DNA of 64,000 nucleotides from Octopus vulgaris (Eukaryota): NCBI GenBank assembly GCA_951406725.2, contig OX597817.1, positions 92,752,001 to 92,816,000 of the forward strand, read 5' to 3'. Shown piece by piece: positions 37,646 to 52,049 of this stretch (position 1 is its first letter; each line of letters starts with the position of its first letter). The notes under the pieces were generated by a model. It saw only the letters and a program-made list of their open reading frames with translations, ran no database searches and was not told where the DNA came from. The position numbers and the translations under genes were made by a program.

Positions 37646-38763
37646 AGGTGACCCGCTCTACGTGCGGGTAAGAGTGTGGTTGTTACTTTCTGTTGCTTCC
37701 TTTGTTTGGTTGTTACTGCCTGATATTTATGATTGATCTTTGAAAATATTTTTCATTCTCAACTTACTCAAGATCTTTTGTTGTTTAAACATGGGAGAGA
37801 GGTAGATAGAGAAAGATAGAGAGTAAGAGAAAGCTAGGGAGAGTCCGAGAGAAACCAAAACCAAACAAACAAACTTTTCGCAAAGGTGACCCGCTCTACG
37901 CGCGGGTAAGAGTGTGGTTCTTACTTTCTGTTGCTTCCTTTCTGTTTTTATCACCGCATTCTCCCTCTATGTTTCTCTCTCCTTATTCTCTCACTTTTCC
38001 CACTCTCTTACTCTTCCTTTCTCTCGGACTCTCCCTAGCTTTCTCTTACTCTCTATCTTTCTCTATCTATCTCTCTCCCATTTATAAGCAACAAAAGATC
38101 TTGAGTAAGTTGAGAAACAAAAATATTTTGAAAGATCAATCATAAATATCAGGCAGTAACAACGGAACGGTCTGCTTCAAGGCAGACAGCAAAACACTAA
38201 CATTTAAAAGGGACAGACGAACTTACGAGCTGAATAAAAAAAAATATTGGAAACCAAAGTTTGAAGGGATAGAATCTGAGGATAGTAGAGTCGCCATGGC
38301 TGGCATTTCTTAACGACGGACAGCAACGTAGTGGCAGTTTAACGGCTGGCGTAAAATTTTGAACTTGATGTAAAAGAAAATTCCTAAACACCAAGCTTTG
38401 AAGTGATTCTTTCTCACGACAGTAGACTCACCATGGCAAGCATTCAAAATTTCTTCATCATGGACGGCAACACATTGACGATTGAAAAGCTGGCGCAAAT
38501 GTTTTAGCTTGATGTAACAGAGAATTCTTAAACATCCGCTCCCGTAAATTTTAATCCCCTTCCAGCCCCATTTAGACCTCTTTTCACATTTTGGCTAATA
38601 TAACCCGATTTCATTCGGGTCTACCCGGGCGACATTTTATAAGATGAGGAATTTTGTCCTAGAGGTCACGCCTGTCATTAGAGGAAAAAAATAGTTGTCA
38701 TGCAAACTCGCCATCACTTTTAACATAGGTGTGCATATTTTCAGCACAACCGACCACATAATG

Positions 38764-38800
<37 letters not shown>

Positions 38801-38959
38801 GCATTATATAGGGGTTTCTAACCTAGCCCACTCGAATCCTCACCTCATTTTGCATGTCCCTGTAAATGTTGGAGTCAATCCGACGGGATCTAGTGCCCTT
38901 TAACCCGTTCCAATGTCAAATCCAGACAAACAGACTTTTCAATTTTCAGATTTATAGAT
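37646..38959 (-). mobile_element. Non-autonomous Helitron copy 1 (rearranged 3' end)
   Basis: Hairpin CCCGCTCTACGCGCGGG at ~37651 and ~37890. Body is similar to 38964-41995. Confidence 0.7.
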
Positions 38960-39030
38960 ATTGACTAGCTGAAGGTGACCCGCTCTACGCGCGGGTAAGA
39001 GTGTGGTTGTTACTTTCTGTTGCTTCCTTT

Positions 39031-39330
39031 CAGCACATAAAAAGCACCATCCGGACGTGGCCGATTGCAGCGCCTTCTGTGCCAGTGACACGTAAAAAGC
39101 ACCAACCGATCGTTACCGCTGCGAGCCCCCCTGGCACCTCTGCCGGTGGCACAAAAAAGCACCCACTACACTCACAGAGTGGTTGGCGTTAGGAAGGTCA
39201 TCCACCTGTAGAAACACTGCCAGATCAGACTGGATCCTGGTGCAGCCTCCTGGCTTCCCAGACCCCGGTCCAACTGTCCAACCCGTGCTAGGACGGAAAA
39301 CGGACGTTAAACGATGATGATGATGATGAT
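39031..39330 (+). mobile_element. SINE/LINE 3' fragment with (GAT)n tail
   Basis: GGTTGGCGTTAGGAAGG motif and (GAT)6 tail. Absent from the paralogous Helitron copy. Confidence 0.7.
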
Positions 39331-40060
39331 TCTCCCTCTTTGTTTCTCTCTCCTTTCTCTCTCACTTTCCCACTCTCTTACTTTTCTTTTCTCTCGGACT
39401 CTCCCTCGCTTTCTTTTACTCTCTATCTTCATCTATCTCTCTCCCTTTTATAAACAACAAAAGATCTTGAGTAAGTTGAGAAATAAAATATTTAGAAAGA
39501 TCAACCATAAATATCAGGCAGTGGCAACGGAAAGGTCTGCTTCAAGACAGACAGCAAAACGCTAACATTTAAAAGGGACAGACGAACTTGCGAGCTGAAT
39601 AAAAATAATAAAATATTGGAAAGCAAAGTTTGAAGGGATAGTATCTGAGGATAGTAGAGTCACCATGACTGGCATTTCTTAACGACGGACAGCAACGTTT
39701 TGACAGTTTAACGGCTTGCGTAAAATTTTGAACTTGATGTAACAGAAAATTCCTAAACACCAATTTTTGAAGTGATTCTTTCTCACGACAGTAGACTCAC
39801 CATGGCAAGCATTCAAAACCTCTTCATCATGGACGGCAACACACTGAAGATTAAAAGGCTGGCGCAAATTTTTTAGCTTGATGTAACAGAGAATTCCTAA
39901 ACACTCGCTCCTTTAAATTTTTCACCTTTTGGTTAATATAACCCGATTTCATTCGGGTCTACTGGGGCCACATTTTATAAGATGAGGAATTTTGTCCTAG
40001 AGGTCACGCCTTTCATTTGAGGAAAAAATTAGTTGTCATGCAAACTTGCCAGCACTTTAA

Positions 40061-41109
40061 CCCTTTCGTTACCAAACCGCCCGAAAAAAATTTTGCTTAA
40101 TGTGACCAAACCGCCCAAACCCGCCCGTATTTACCTATTCATATTTAAATGAGAATATCAGAGCAAATCTCTTTATTACATTCGTGAAAACACGTGATTA
40201 TACTTCGTAAACAGTTCATCTACAGTTTCGTACAACAGTCGAAGTGTAATTTTAATTCCGTAAATTTTGGGTGATTTTTTTCCGAAATTTGTTCCTATTG
40301 TGTTTTCAAACTTTGTAATTCTGACAAAAAATGGATACGAATTTCATCATAGCAGCGAGTCAGAATTCGAAGGATTTTCTACTGAAGACCTTTTTCATAG
40401 GACTGAAAAAAAAAGCACGTGGTATTTGATAATGAATCTGATGTTTCATTTTCCGAAAGTGAAAACAGTGAATCCGAGAGCTCCGACAGCGATAAAGAAA
40501 ATGAATTGGCACCTGAATGGAGTGAAAATAGAAAAACTGTTTCTTTCGGTGATTTTTCTGAAGAAACTGGACGAAGTCACAGACTTTCCCAGGAGAGTAA
40601 AGCCTTAAACTATTTCTCTTTACTTTTTCGAAATCATTACGGCGGAAACGAACCGTTACGTTAAATGTAAACAAAGCGAAAGAAAGGATAGTTAGTGGTT
40701 TCCCACAACCTTAAATGAAATTAAGACTATTTTGCCATAAATATTATTATGGGTAGCAGAAAGTTACCCAGAATAAAAAATTCTATCGTAAAATTTTGTT
40801 GTATACCCAATTGAATATTAGCTAATAACCCATTTTCTATAGCGATGTTTCAACAAAATTTTAATAATTTTATATTTTGTTGAATTTACCTGTATCTACC
40901 TGCAATTAGAGTCACTTTGTGACAAAAATTATAGTATAGAATTGGTTGAGAACATTTCATTCAATTATCTTCCAAAAATCACATTAATATATTGATAAAT
41001 AAAAAAGTTATAGTTGTTTAATGAAACCAGACTAACTTTATGATTGTGTTAGAAATTAATTGAAACACATAAGGGGTGTATTTTGGTCAGAAATATAGTA
41101 ACGAAAAGG
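40061..41109 (+). mobile_element. piggyBac internal-deletion derivative
   Basis: TTAA|CCCTTTCGTTAC ... GTAACGAAAAGG TIRs. An empty TTAA site is visible in the paralogous Helitron (~38720). Remnant acidic transposase N-terminus (SESEFEGFS, ALNYFSLLF, ETNRY). Confidence 0.85.
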
Positions 41110-41165
41110 TTCATAGGTGTGCATATTTTCAGCTGAACCGACTGACCACATAATGCACACATTAT

Positions 41166-41245
<80 letters not shown>

Positions 41246-42302
41246 ACGCATTATATATACAAATTATATATATGTATAAATTAAATTAGAGATAAAACCA
41301 CTAATAGGCAAAAAAAACAAAAAAACATAAAAATAAAAATATAATATAGAAAATATATAAAATTGAAAATTTTAAATTATTTAAATTTAAAATAAAAATT
41401 ATTAAATTATATTTATAATTTGTTTAACAATATATATAACTATCAAAAAGTATTAAAAAGTTTAATATACATGGCCGCGGCCTTCGGGCTAAAACATTTT
41501 TAAGGATTTAAGGATTTAAATACAGATATATACACTTTGTATATATACATTATATATACATATTTATATATCGCACACACACACACACATATATATAAAT
41601 GAACGCAATGAATATATGATTCATAATATTTGTTCTCATGATTGTGTGTTGTTGGTAGCGGTGATAATTCTTCCTATGAAAGCAGACAGATAGATCAAAG
41701 AAAGCCGTCTGACGAACTTATAAAGTGAAAGTGAAAGGGAGTTGAGGGGAATACATTAAATAACGGTAGTGGAAATCTCAAAGTTATAAATTAAGGGGAG
41801 TAAGAGAGGGAAAGGAGGAAATAGCGTGAGTGAGGAAGATGGCCCCTAGCAACCACACCTTTCACGAGCACCTTTCACGAGGATCGTCACCTCATTCTAC
41901 ATGTCCCTGTAAATTTTGGAGCGAATCGGACGGGATGTAGTGGCATTGAAAGCTATCCAAGCGGTAAAAACGCATTTCAGTTTTATATATAGAGATTATG
42001 ATTATGATTCTTATGAACTATTTTGCCTATTTTGAACACTTTTACGTAATCTGTTTAAACAGAAAGTTTCACTTGACATTTTCCTATATTCGTCAAATAT
42101 TCTATTTCTTAACTTTTTCTTACCATTGTCAAAGACTCTATCACTGTATTTTAATACAACTATGTTAACTAAATTTTAACACCACAAAGGTTATACGAAT
42201 CCTTTTGATAACCTTTTTAAAAAAAATTGAAACCGGTCAATAAACATCTTTAAAGACCTCTGCATTTTCAAATTCTCTTCCCTACATATCTATCTATCTG
42301 TC

Positions 42303-42345
<43 letters not shown>

Positions 42346-42398
42346 TTGTGTGTGTGTGTATGTACTTATGAATGTATGTATAAATGTGTGTGTGAGTG

Positions 42399-42474
<76 letters not shown>

Positions 42475-42683
42475 TATATATCTGTACCTGCATATTCAAG
42501 TACATCCATGTTTATACATATGTTGTATGTATGTATTTATACTTGTGTATATATATGTGTGTGTGGGTGTGTGTATGTCTATATATATGTGAGGAATTAC
42601 TTTGGAATATAAATATTCATTTTCAGGAGATAACTCTTCTGTGGTTAATTGAAATAATTATCAGTTGATGCTTTCCTTTACAG

Positions 42684-44056
42684 ACGAATGTACACATAAT
42701 GGAAGGAAGTATGGAGGAAGATTCAAGATCGACTGCAACACGTGTGTATGTGGTGAATATGGCAAAGCAGTCTGTACAAATTTACGTTGTGATTACGAGC
42801 AGGAATCTACTTGTATCTATCAAGGTAGACGTTACAGAGTAGGAGAGACATTCCAGCAATCCTGTAATACATGTGAATGCAAACACGGTGGTCAGGTACA
42901 ATGTAGCAACAAAGACTGCCCTAAACAATGTACTTACAACGGAAAGGTATACCAAGAGGGTGAAGAATTCCAAGACAAATGTAATAAATGTAAATGTCTT
43001 TCTTCTGGCTATATTCAGTGTACTCATAACGTGTGTCAGTGCCAGTATAATGGTAAAGACTACGACGTTGGAGTGAGTTTCAATGATGGTTGTAAGACTT
43101 GCACCTGTCAAACTACAGGAACAGTGCAGTGTAACAGTGATAGATGTGGCTGTTATTACAAAAATTCACAATATCAAGAGGGTCAAACTTTCACCGACGC
43201 TTGCAACACTTGCCGTTGTATAAACGGACAAGTAGATTGTACAACAAGAGTCTGTCAATGTACTTACCAAGGACGGACCTATAATATTGGCCAAAGATTT
43301 GGTGAATGTGATGAATGTCAATGTTTGTTTAGTGGTACAGTCCAGTGTTCTAACAAGCGATGCAAATGCATTTATAACGGAAATACCTACCGAAATGGAG
43401 AAACATTTCCAAACGGCTGCAATACATGCACGTGTAAAATTGATGGTAGTGTAGACTGCACTACAAATCCATGTACCTGTACATACAAACACAGGGTTTA
43501 TAATATGGGACAGACATTCACTGATGACTGTAATACTTGTACATGTCAACATAACGGTCAAGTTGCGTGCACATATAGAATGTGCAAATGTAGTTATAAC
43601 AACCAGATTTATAATATAGGTCAAACATTTAGAAAGGGATGTAATACGTGCACATGCCAAGCCGATGGTACTGTAGACTGCACTACAAATCTATGTACCT
43701 GCAATTACAACGGCAAGCATTACGGCATTGGTTCTATATGGTATAATGATTGCAATAAATGCCAGTGCACTTCTGAGGGAAGGGTAGTTTGTGAACAGAA
43801 TACATGCACGAAACCCTGTATACACAAAGGAAAAACCTATTCTGCTGGCGAAACATTTAAAGATGACTGCAACACCTGTACATGCGGACAGTTTGGTCAA
43901 GTATCCTGTACTAAAATGTACTGTCGCCCAACTACATGCCAATATTATGGGAAAACTATCCCAGATGGAAAAACATTTATGACTCAAGATAGATGCAATG
44001 TTTGTCGATGTTCAAATGGAAATGTCAAGTGTACCAAATACGATTGTTATAAAGAG
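42684..44056 (+). CDS. Exon 2: 12 tandem six-Cys half-VWC/pacifastin-like modules
   Basis: Open 1373-bp exon between TTTACAG| and |GTGAGT. Repeats follow C-x-YNG-x2-Y-x2-G-x2-F-x3-CN-x-C-x-C-x2/3-G-x-V-x-CT-x3-C. Confidence 0.93.
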
Positions 44057-44706
44057 GTGAGTAAAGTTTTCTATTAGTTTGGATCTCCCTAATATAACGT
44101 GTCTCATCCTTATATAGTTAGTCATTGTAAACAGAGAAAACAACAAAGAATTGAATAATGTTTAGCATAAACATTGCAATGCTCTCACTGTACTACACTC
44201 TACTACATTGTCGTACAAACAAAATTGTATCAGCAATTGGATTTCTGTCTTTATTTGAAGTAGTTCAATTTCATTGACCCTACCATTATCTTGAAGAAAG
44301 CCAATGTTCTCTTCATTGTAAACACGAGATTTTGTATATCTGCATATATTCATTATCTATATGAAAATTATTAACTTTCAATGTTTCAACTAACTTTATT
44401 GCTACTCTTGTGAAATCAACAGACTAGCTTTCACATTGGATCATCATCGTATGTAGCATTGCGATACAGAATTGTAAATTTTACTATATATTATCTCACG
44501 TTTCAGAATATAGTTCGTGCGTTAAGCTTTTCTGCGCCTGGTGAAATATTAATACTTTGTTGTAAAAGAATGTGATATATACATCTAATCTAATATACAC
44601 ATTTTGAAATATAATTCCAACTTGATACTTAGTCTATGTTATTGTTTTTAATTTGTATGTCCAATCTAATAAATATATTGATTTCTTGTAATTTTATTCT
44701 TTTCAG

Positions 44707-44721
44707 AGGCGACGTTACTGA
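44707..44721 (+). CDS. Exon 3 (RRRY-stop) of the same gene
   Basis: Polypyrimidine TTTTATTCTTTTCAG acceptor in phase 0, with AATAAA at 44787-44792. Confidence 0.65.
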   Translation, partial: RRRY

Positions 44722-44999
44722 TGAAGAACAGTTAATTTATATTGATATTTTTAAGAATTGTAAATATTACAAACATAACGTTTTTAAATAAAACATATAT
44801 ATGCCGAAGCTTTTTGTTTGATTTATAACTGTAAACTTCTTCAATGCCATTTTAGATAATCGAGTTATCTATTTGAAGATCTGTGATGAAAAGCATTTCA
44901 ATACTTCAATAATTGAATGATTTGTTGTAAACTACTTTTGTTTTATTGACCCGGAAATTACGAATAACAGAGTTGGTCAAATTACTTCAGAATTACTCT

Positions 45000-45478
<479 letters not shown>

Positions 45479-46193
45479 TACATTGTCTATAGTTAGAAAA
45501 ATTCAAGTCATGTGCTAGCGAATAAGAAATGACCCTCATGTCTGAGGGTTGTTGTCATATCTCATCATGGAATGCATCTTACACTCGACCACAGTTGCTA
45601 TTTATGCCTGTTAAGCTTCTACATGTGTTTCGGGAGACTGCACAAACAAAGCTGCGTATAGGTAAATCAGTATGCAGAAGCATATTCTGATATAATGTAT
45701 TGTGTTTAGTTAAACCACCTCTGGACTGGCAAACATTTCCACGTCCTATTGCATGTCACGCAATGTATAATTAAGAACGTACAATAGTCGTCTTTTTTAC
45801 GAATTTGTTGATGACTGATGAGCGCAGCATCGGAAAGTCATATGCGGCCACAAATATTATTTGTTGGGTCAAGACATGAGACGAGTAAATCCTGAGGGAA
45901 GCAGTTGCTTTCATATTTCATATTTCCTTGTCTAAGAATCAAGAAAAGCTGAGTATGCTGCCCAAGGAAACAAACTCGTCTACTATTTTCAGATCTGTTA
46001 CTTCAACTTATGCTTCCTTGCGTAGTTTGGAATTTAACAAGTAAACTTGCTCAGACTAATGCCGAATATATATACCTTACAAGATACAAAAAATAATTCA
46101 AGAATATACACACACACGCACGCACACACACACATATACACAGATACATACACATGCACAGACACATACACAAACATCTAAAAACACACACAA

Positions 46194-46228
<35 letters not shown>

Positions 46229-46438
46229 AATATACTCACATCCACGCGCATATGACTCCACACATACATACACATATTTGACAAGCTTCTTTTAGTTTGC
46301 CCCTACGAAATCCACTTACAAGCTTCATGGGTGGCCTGAAGTTATACTAGATGTCAGTCACAAAAGCAGCTGTGTAATGGGGCTTAGCCCAGAACCACAT
46401 TGTTCGTATGTCAGAAAGACATACCAAACCTCTCTGTT

Positions 46439-46477
<39 letters not shown>

Positions 46478-46729
46478 TTACTTATCTGCCTGTCCTTCTG
46501 TATGTCTGTCAGTCTATCTATCTGTATATATATGTGTGTATGTGTGTGCGTGTGAGTGAATGCCTGTGTATGCGTGTGTGTGAATATGTGTGTTTGAATG
46601 TGTGTGTGTGAGTGTGTGTGTTTATATATTTATATATGAAATCAACATATGTGATCCAATGATTCTAATTACAGAAAACACTTTGTCGCGCTCAAATGAT
46701 TTCAGCTTATACCCGGAAACTTTTAACGT

Positions 46730-46940
46730 GGATGATAGATATTTATATATTAACAGACGACGAATGTTCAAGTATAAATATATAGATATTTATATATTAA
46801 ATGAAGGATGTATATTCAAGTATAAATTTATAGATATTCATATATTTACAGACGATGAATATTCAAGTATAAACATATAGATATTAACAGACGACGATTA
46901 TTCCAAGTACAAATACATTAATGTTTATATATTAATAGAG
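46730..46940 (+). repeat. ~42-bp minisatellite (about 5 degenerate units)
   Basis: ATAGATATTTATATATTAACAGACGACGAATGTTCAAGTATAAAT units. Confidence 0.7.
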
Positions 46941-46999
46941 CAAATTTACGCAGAACAATTCTACCTTGATATTTCCCAGCATCATGGTCTGAAATGACA

Positions 47000-47285
47000 G
47001 ATTTTTATCTCTCTATCTTAAAGACCCAGGTCGGATCTATCCAATGTTTATTTGTTTCCATTACTGGTTTATATTCTGGTGAACTACATCAGCTAACATT
47101 ATGAAATAATCCTATTCCGAATCTTTCTCCTTCCAAGTTAAATCTCTACCTAAAATTTTCTTTAAAATGCTAAAATCTAACTTCCCATCAAACCTTAAAT
47201 ATTACCTTATCTTCAATAAAACATCTATTAAAATCTCGTATTCGACCACGCCTAATTTAGGATCCATAATTGGTTTATCCACAAA
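47000..47285 (+). pseudogene. Penelope-like C-terminal RT/linker remnant
   Basis: NFP...YLIFNKTSIKISYSTTPNLGSII peptide. Confidence 0.5.
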
Positions 47286-47307
47286 AGTGTACGTATGTAT
47301 ATGTGTG

Positions 47308-47353
<46 letters not shown>

Positions 47354-47957
47354 GATGATTATATAAATACATACATACCTACCTACATACATACATATAT
47401 GTATCTATGTACCTATCCGTTTGGAGGGATGAATGGTTTTTCGAACCTTTTATCTTGTACCAGCATCAAGTAACGAGAAGAGAGGTAACTCTGATTTAAC
47501 AAAGAAGTACCTCCGAACTAAGTGATGAGGTTTCTGTCATAGGAAACCAATCAAAACATTGTGAATCATGACGCTTTTCGGCAGCCCAGATAAGATAAAA
47601 TGTGGATTACTAGTTCAAATGAGATATGCCTGAGAGATATTTAAATGCGTTAGTGTACATCCTCCTTGTTGAGAAAATAGTTAACACCATTTTCCTTAGT
47701 CTTTTTGGAGTTCCTCTCTTCGCGTTGTTCGATGCTGAGGAGAGAAGTTACTACGAAATGCATGTATACATAAATCCAGAAGAGGTTGCTTCGAACTCAT
47801 ACTGGTATTTTCACACTTCTTAGTCTACATCGATAATATTTGTTTATGGAGAAACGGCGGCAGATAACTTTGTTACGGGTTTCAATATTTATCAAAATAT
47901 TTGTATGAAAACAAGTTAATACAAATATATATGCATGCATACATACATGCATACATA

Positions 47958-47988
<31 letters not shown>

Positions 47989-48096
47989 CATAATTAATCA
48001 ATATAGGGTGGCAAAAAAAAATTTTGTAGAATTCTTTTGCCACCAGCGGCCTAGTGGGAAAAAATTAAATAGTCATAAACCATTTTTAAGTTCAAC

Positions 48097-48293
48097 ATCA
48101 CAATCAAGGAACGGCCATAATAGGCCATTCACCCACTAGAAATAACAGCCAAAAGCTTTAACCGCAAAATAACAGGGTAAATGTTTTTTAATTTTCTCCT
48201 GGTTTACGGATTTGATGTTATTTTGCGGTTAAAGCTTTTGGCTGTTATTTCTAGAGGGTGAATGGCCTATTATGGCCGTTCCTTGATTGTGAT
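48097..48293. repeat. 78-bp inverted repeat (fold-back) abutting (TA)n
   Basis: Arms 48097-48174 and 48216-48293 with one mismatch. Confidence 0.9.
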
Positions 48294-48342
<49 letters not shown>

Positions 48343-48451
48343 CATATATATATAAGGGAAGCTTTATGAAAATAAACAAAAGACGAAGGCAGGTGGGAAA
48401 CAAACAAACAATTGTATTAGTATGGCGCTCAGGAAATATAAATAAAACAAG

Positions 48452-48489
48452 TCTTTAACGTTTCGAGCCTACGCTCTTCAACAGAAAGA
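48452..48489 (-). ncRNA. Minimal hammerhead-like motif in the PLE 3' pseudo-LTR (CUGUUGA variant)
   Basis: TCTTT-CTGTTGA-AGAGCGTAGGCTC-GAAAC-GTT-AAAGA. Confidence 0.65.
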
Positions 48490-48666
48490 TACACAGAGAG
48501 AAAAAAAACACAGAAAGAAGGAGAGAAAAAAATGCGTGCAGTAACTAACGAATCAACATGGCGATCTGATTTCGGCCAGAGGTCAAAGATCAAACATGAG
48601 ACGCGAGAGCGAAATAAGGGGAGATAATAGGGTTGATAATAGGGTTGAATGACCAGCTCCAACATG

Positions 48667-49045
48667 AGGGTGTGTGTGTGTGTGTATGGGAGAGTATTAA
48701 TGCGTATGAGAGGTCTGGACGTGTGTATGTATAGGGTTGGTGTATGTATTAGTATGTATTAGTATGTATAAGGGTGTGTGTGTGTGTGTGTGTGTGTATG
48801 AGAGAGTATTAGTGCGTATGAGAGGTCTGGACGTGTGTATGTATAGGGTTGGTGTATGTATTAGTATGTATTAGTATGTATTAGTACGTATTAGTATGTA
48901 TAAGTGTGTGTGTGTGTGTATGAGAGAGTATAAGTGCGTATGAGAGGTCTGGACGTGTGTATGTATAGGGTTGGTGTATGTATTAGTATGTATTAGTATG
49001 TATTAGTACGTATTAGTATGTATTAGTTGGTGTATGTATTAGTAT
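48667..49045. repeat. Three ~110-bp tandem units in the PLE 3' UTR
   Basis: GTATGAGAGGTCTGGACGTGTGTATGTATAGGGTTGG repeated three times with (TATTAGTATG)n. Confidence 0.85.
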
Positions 49046-52000
49046 GGCACATCATATATGATGTGATGTGTAAAGTCGTGTGGTGTAGTGTGGAGAGAGG
49101 AGAAGAGGGGAGGGGGGAGGGGGAGGGGGAAGAGGAGAAGAGGGGTAGGGAAGGATGGGGAGAGGGGGGGAGGGGGGAGGAAGGAGGAAGGAGGAAATAG
49201 GGAGAGGGGGAGAGAGAAGGGGAGTGAGGGAGCAGAGGGAAGGGGAAGAGGGAAGGAGGGAGGGAGAAAGAGGGAAGAAGGGAAGGGGGTAGGGGTGAAA
49301 GGATGAAGGACTGAAGAAGTAGGGGTCGGGGGGAAGGTAGGTGAGGAGGGGGGGAGAGTTGAGACCAAATGGCGTATAAGAGCGAAGAGAGAAGATTAAT
49401 TCCTGTTCACGGCGCAAACGGGAATCCGGATGGCCTCTGTGTAAGGACAAACCGAACACAGATAGGTGTTGCAAGGAGTGACCGGTGGAGCGGAAATGGC
49501 GTGAGACCGGTGTGTCGTTCGCAAGGTGGATGTCACGAAGGTGTTCCGCGAACCGGTCAGCCAAGCGGCGTCCCGTTTGTCTGATGTACAAGGAATGGCA
49601 GAGAGAGCAAGAGACGCAATAGATAATATTGCTGGAGGTGCAGGTGAAGGAGTGGATGATGGGATAGGGTCGATGGTGGGTGCTAGTGAGGAGGGTGGTG
49701 TTGGAGAGGTAAGGGCAAGTGCGGCAACGTGGGCGGGACCAGCGGAACGAGCCGGGTTGGGAGGTAGAGTCAGGGAAGGAGCTATGGACCAAAAGGTCTC
49801 GAAGGTTGTGGGCTCGTTTGAAAGAGGGGAGGGGTCGGTTAGGGAAGAGGTGTGAAGTGGACGGGTCGGACTGGAGATGACGGAAAGCTCGAAGAATGGT
49901 GCGTTGGAGAGGTAGGGTCGTGGGGTGGTAAGTGAGGGGAAAAGGGAGGCGGGAGACTACAGGGCGGGTTCGGGGAGAGAGAGCAGATACACGGTCCACG
50001 GACCGTGCTCTGGCAAGGGCGGTGTGGATAGTGGTGAGGGGGTATCCACGTAGGGTGAAGTGGTGAGCCATACGTTGAGACTGAGTCTCAAAGTCATGGT
50101 CGTCACTACAGAGCCTACGTAGACGGAGGAATTGGGAATAGGGGATGGAAAGCTTGGTGTGTTCTGGGTGGGAGGAAGAGAAGTTGAGGTATGAGTGTGA
50201 GTCTGTGTGTTTGTAGTGAATGGAGGTGGTAAGAGTGGAGTGAAGAATGCTAACCGAAATGTCGAGGAAGGAGACAGAGGGGTTGGAGATAGTGGAAGTG
50301 AAGTGGAGGGCTGGATGGAAAGATTGGACGAAAGAGAGGAAGGAATCTAGATGTTCACGGGAGAGTGAGGTGGCACCGATAATGTCGTCAATGTAACGAC
50401 CATATAGTTCAGGAGTGGGACCAGTGAAATTAGAGAATATTTAGGCCTCAACATAGCCAACGAACAGGTTCGCATAGTTGGGGCCCATTCGCGTTCCCAT
50501 GGCCACTCCCAAGACCTGATGGTAGAACTCGCCCGCGAACGAGAAGCAGTTCAGAGTAAGGAAAAGTTCGGCCAGACGAATGAGTGTGGAGGTGTCAGGT
50601 ACAGGGTTGGAGCGGAGGTCAAGAAAGTGTCGAAGGGCCTGCAGTCCTTCGTGGTGAGGGATAACAGTATAGAGGCTTTGGATGTCCATAGTAAAAAGGA
50701 TTTTGGAGGAGCCGGGAGGAAAGGAGAAAGAGTTGAAAAGCCGGAGAGCATGGTTGGTATCGTGGATGTGGGAGGGAAGAGATGCCACTAGGGGGGCAAG
50801 GACACGGTCGAGGTATTTAGAGATGAGCTCCGTGGGGCAGTTACAGGCGGAGACGATGGGGGCGGCCAGGGTTGTTGGGTTTGTGGATTTTGGGGAGGAA
50901 GTAAATGGTGGGGGTACGTGGGGTTCGCACAATTAGGTTGGATGCGGTGTGGGGGAGACGGGAGGACGAGATGAGGTCGCGGACAGTAGAGGATACCGTC
51001 TGTTGGTAGCTACGTGTGGGGTTAGAGGGCAGAGGGGAGTAGAAGGAGGTGTCATTGAGTTGGCGGAAAGCCTCGGCCCTATAGAGGTCCGCGCGCCACA
51101 CCACTACAGCTCCACCCTTGTCAGCCGGTTTGATGATAATGTCAGCGCGCCGTTGGAGGGAACGAAGAGCCAAGAGCTCAGCCGGGGAGATGTTGAGGCG
51201 GCGTTGGCGCCTGGAGAAGTTGAACCGCTCCAATGCACGCTGACAAGCGCCCGCGAAAAGATCCACTGCTAGGATCTGGCCAGGGGCAGGCGTCCACGGG
51301 GATGGTCGGCGGCCCAGGCCAGTGAAGCAGTCCTCTTCGTTGGGTGTGGGTGGCGAGTCGTGGTAATGCGCACCCAACCGGACACGGCGCACAAAGCTGT
51401 GGACATCAACTCGCGTCTGGAATTCCTTACAGGATGGAGCGAGGGGGATGAAACGCAGACCCCTACCAAGGACGGAGCGTTCAGCCGCAGAGAGGGGAAG
51501 ATCGGGGCGAATGGTAACAACAGACGGAAGTGGAGAAGGGGTGGGTGGAATAGAAGTAGGAGGGGTGGTAGGTCTCGTGGAGGTCTGAGAGGGAGGGATT
51601 GGGGAGGTGTGTGGGGGGTGGTTGGGGGGGCAGTAGGGTTAGGTGTAGGTGGGTGGAGCCTATCGGGAGGGGAGAAGGGGTTGTAGGGAGGGGCAGTAGG
51701 GTTAGGTGTGGGTGGATGGAGCCTATCGGGTGGGGAGAAGGGTAGCGGAGGAGTTGGGGTAGTGGCGTCGGCTAGGGTGGAATGGAAGAGTGATTGGAGT
51801 TTACGAAGTTTGGTATCAGAAAGAAATTGATGGAAGAGTTGATTCAAATGGATAATGAAGCGTAGCGTGTTTGGAGCATAGAGAGGCGGCAGAGAGGAGA
51901 AGAAGGTGGAGAAAGCAGGAGGAAGAAGGAGAGGGGGGAAGAGGAGAAGAGGGGGAGGAGAGGAAGGGGGAAAGGGGGAGAGAGAGGGGGAGAAAAATTT

Positions 52001-52049
52001 AACCAACCTGTTTTTAATCCTTTGCAATGTTTGTTCAGAAACATTATGA

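Larger units (their letters stand above)
38964..41995 (-). mobile_element. Non-autonomous Helitron copy 2 with nested SINE and piggyBac
   Basis: Minus-strand TC start near 41995, and a 3' hairpin plus CTAG at 38964. Confidence 0.7.
48351..52030 (-). mobile_element. Penelope-like retroelement (Neptune-type RT plus GIY-YIG), 3' end at (TA)n
   Basis: KPADKGG, LPKIHK, GVAMGTRMGP, RYIDD, the linker RPRCRTC and GIY-YIG NIIYCVSC..C..LYI.QT.R.L..RF.EH. Few frameshifts. Confidence 0.92.

Noticed and set aside
42665-42683. ORF-track start of the cysteine-rich protein
   Set aside because: It lies in the intron's polypyrimidine tract. The real N-terminus is probably the signal exon at 35688.
45811-45845. 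CTGATGA...GAAAGTCAT hammerhead-like string
   Set aside because: There is no convincing stem II or stem III, so it is likely chance.
47730-47772. CTGAGGA...CGAAATGCATGTA hammerhead-like string
   Set aside because: Stems I and II pair poorly. At best this is a decayed PLE remnant.
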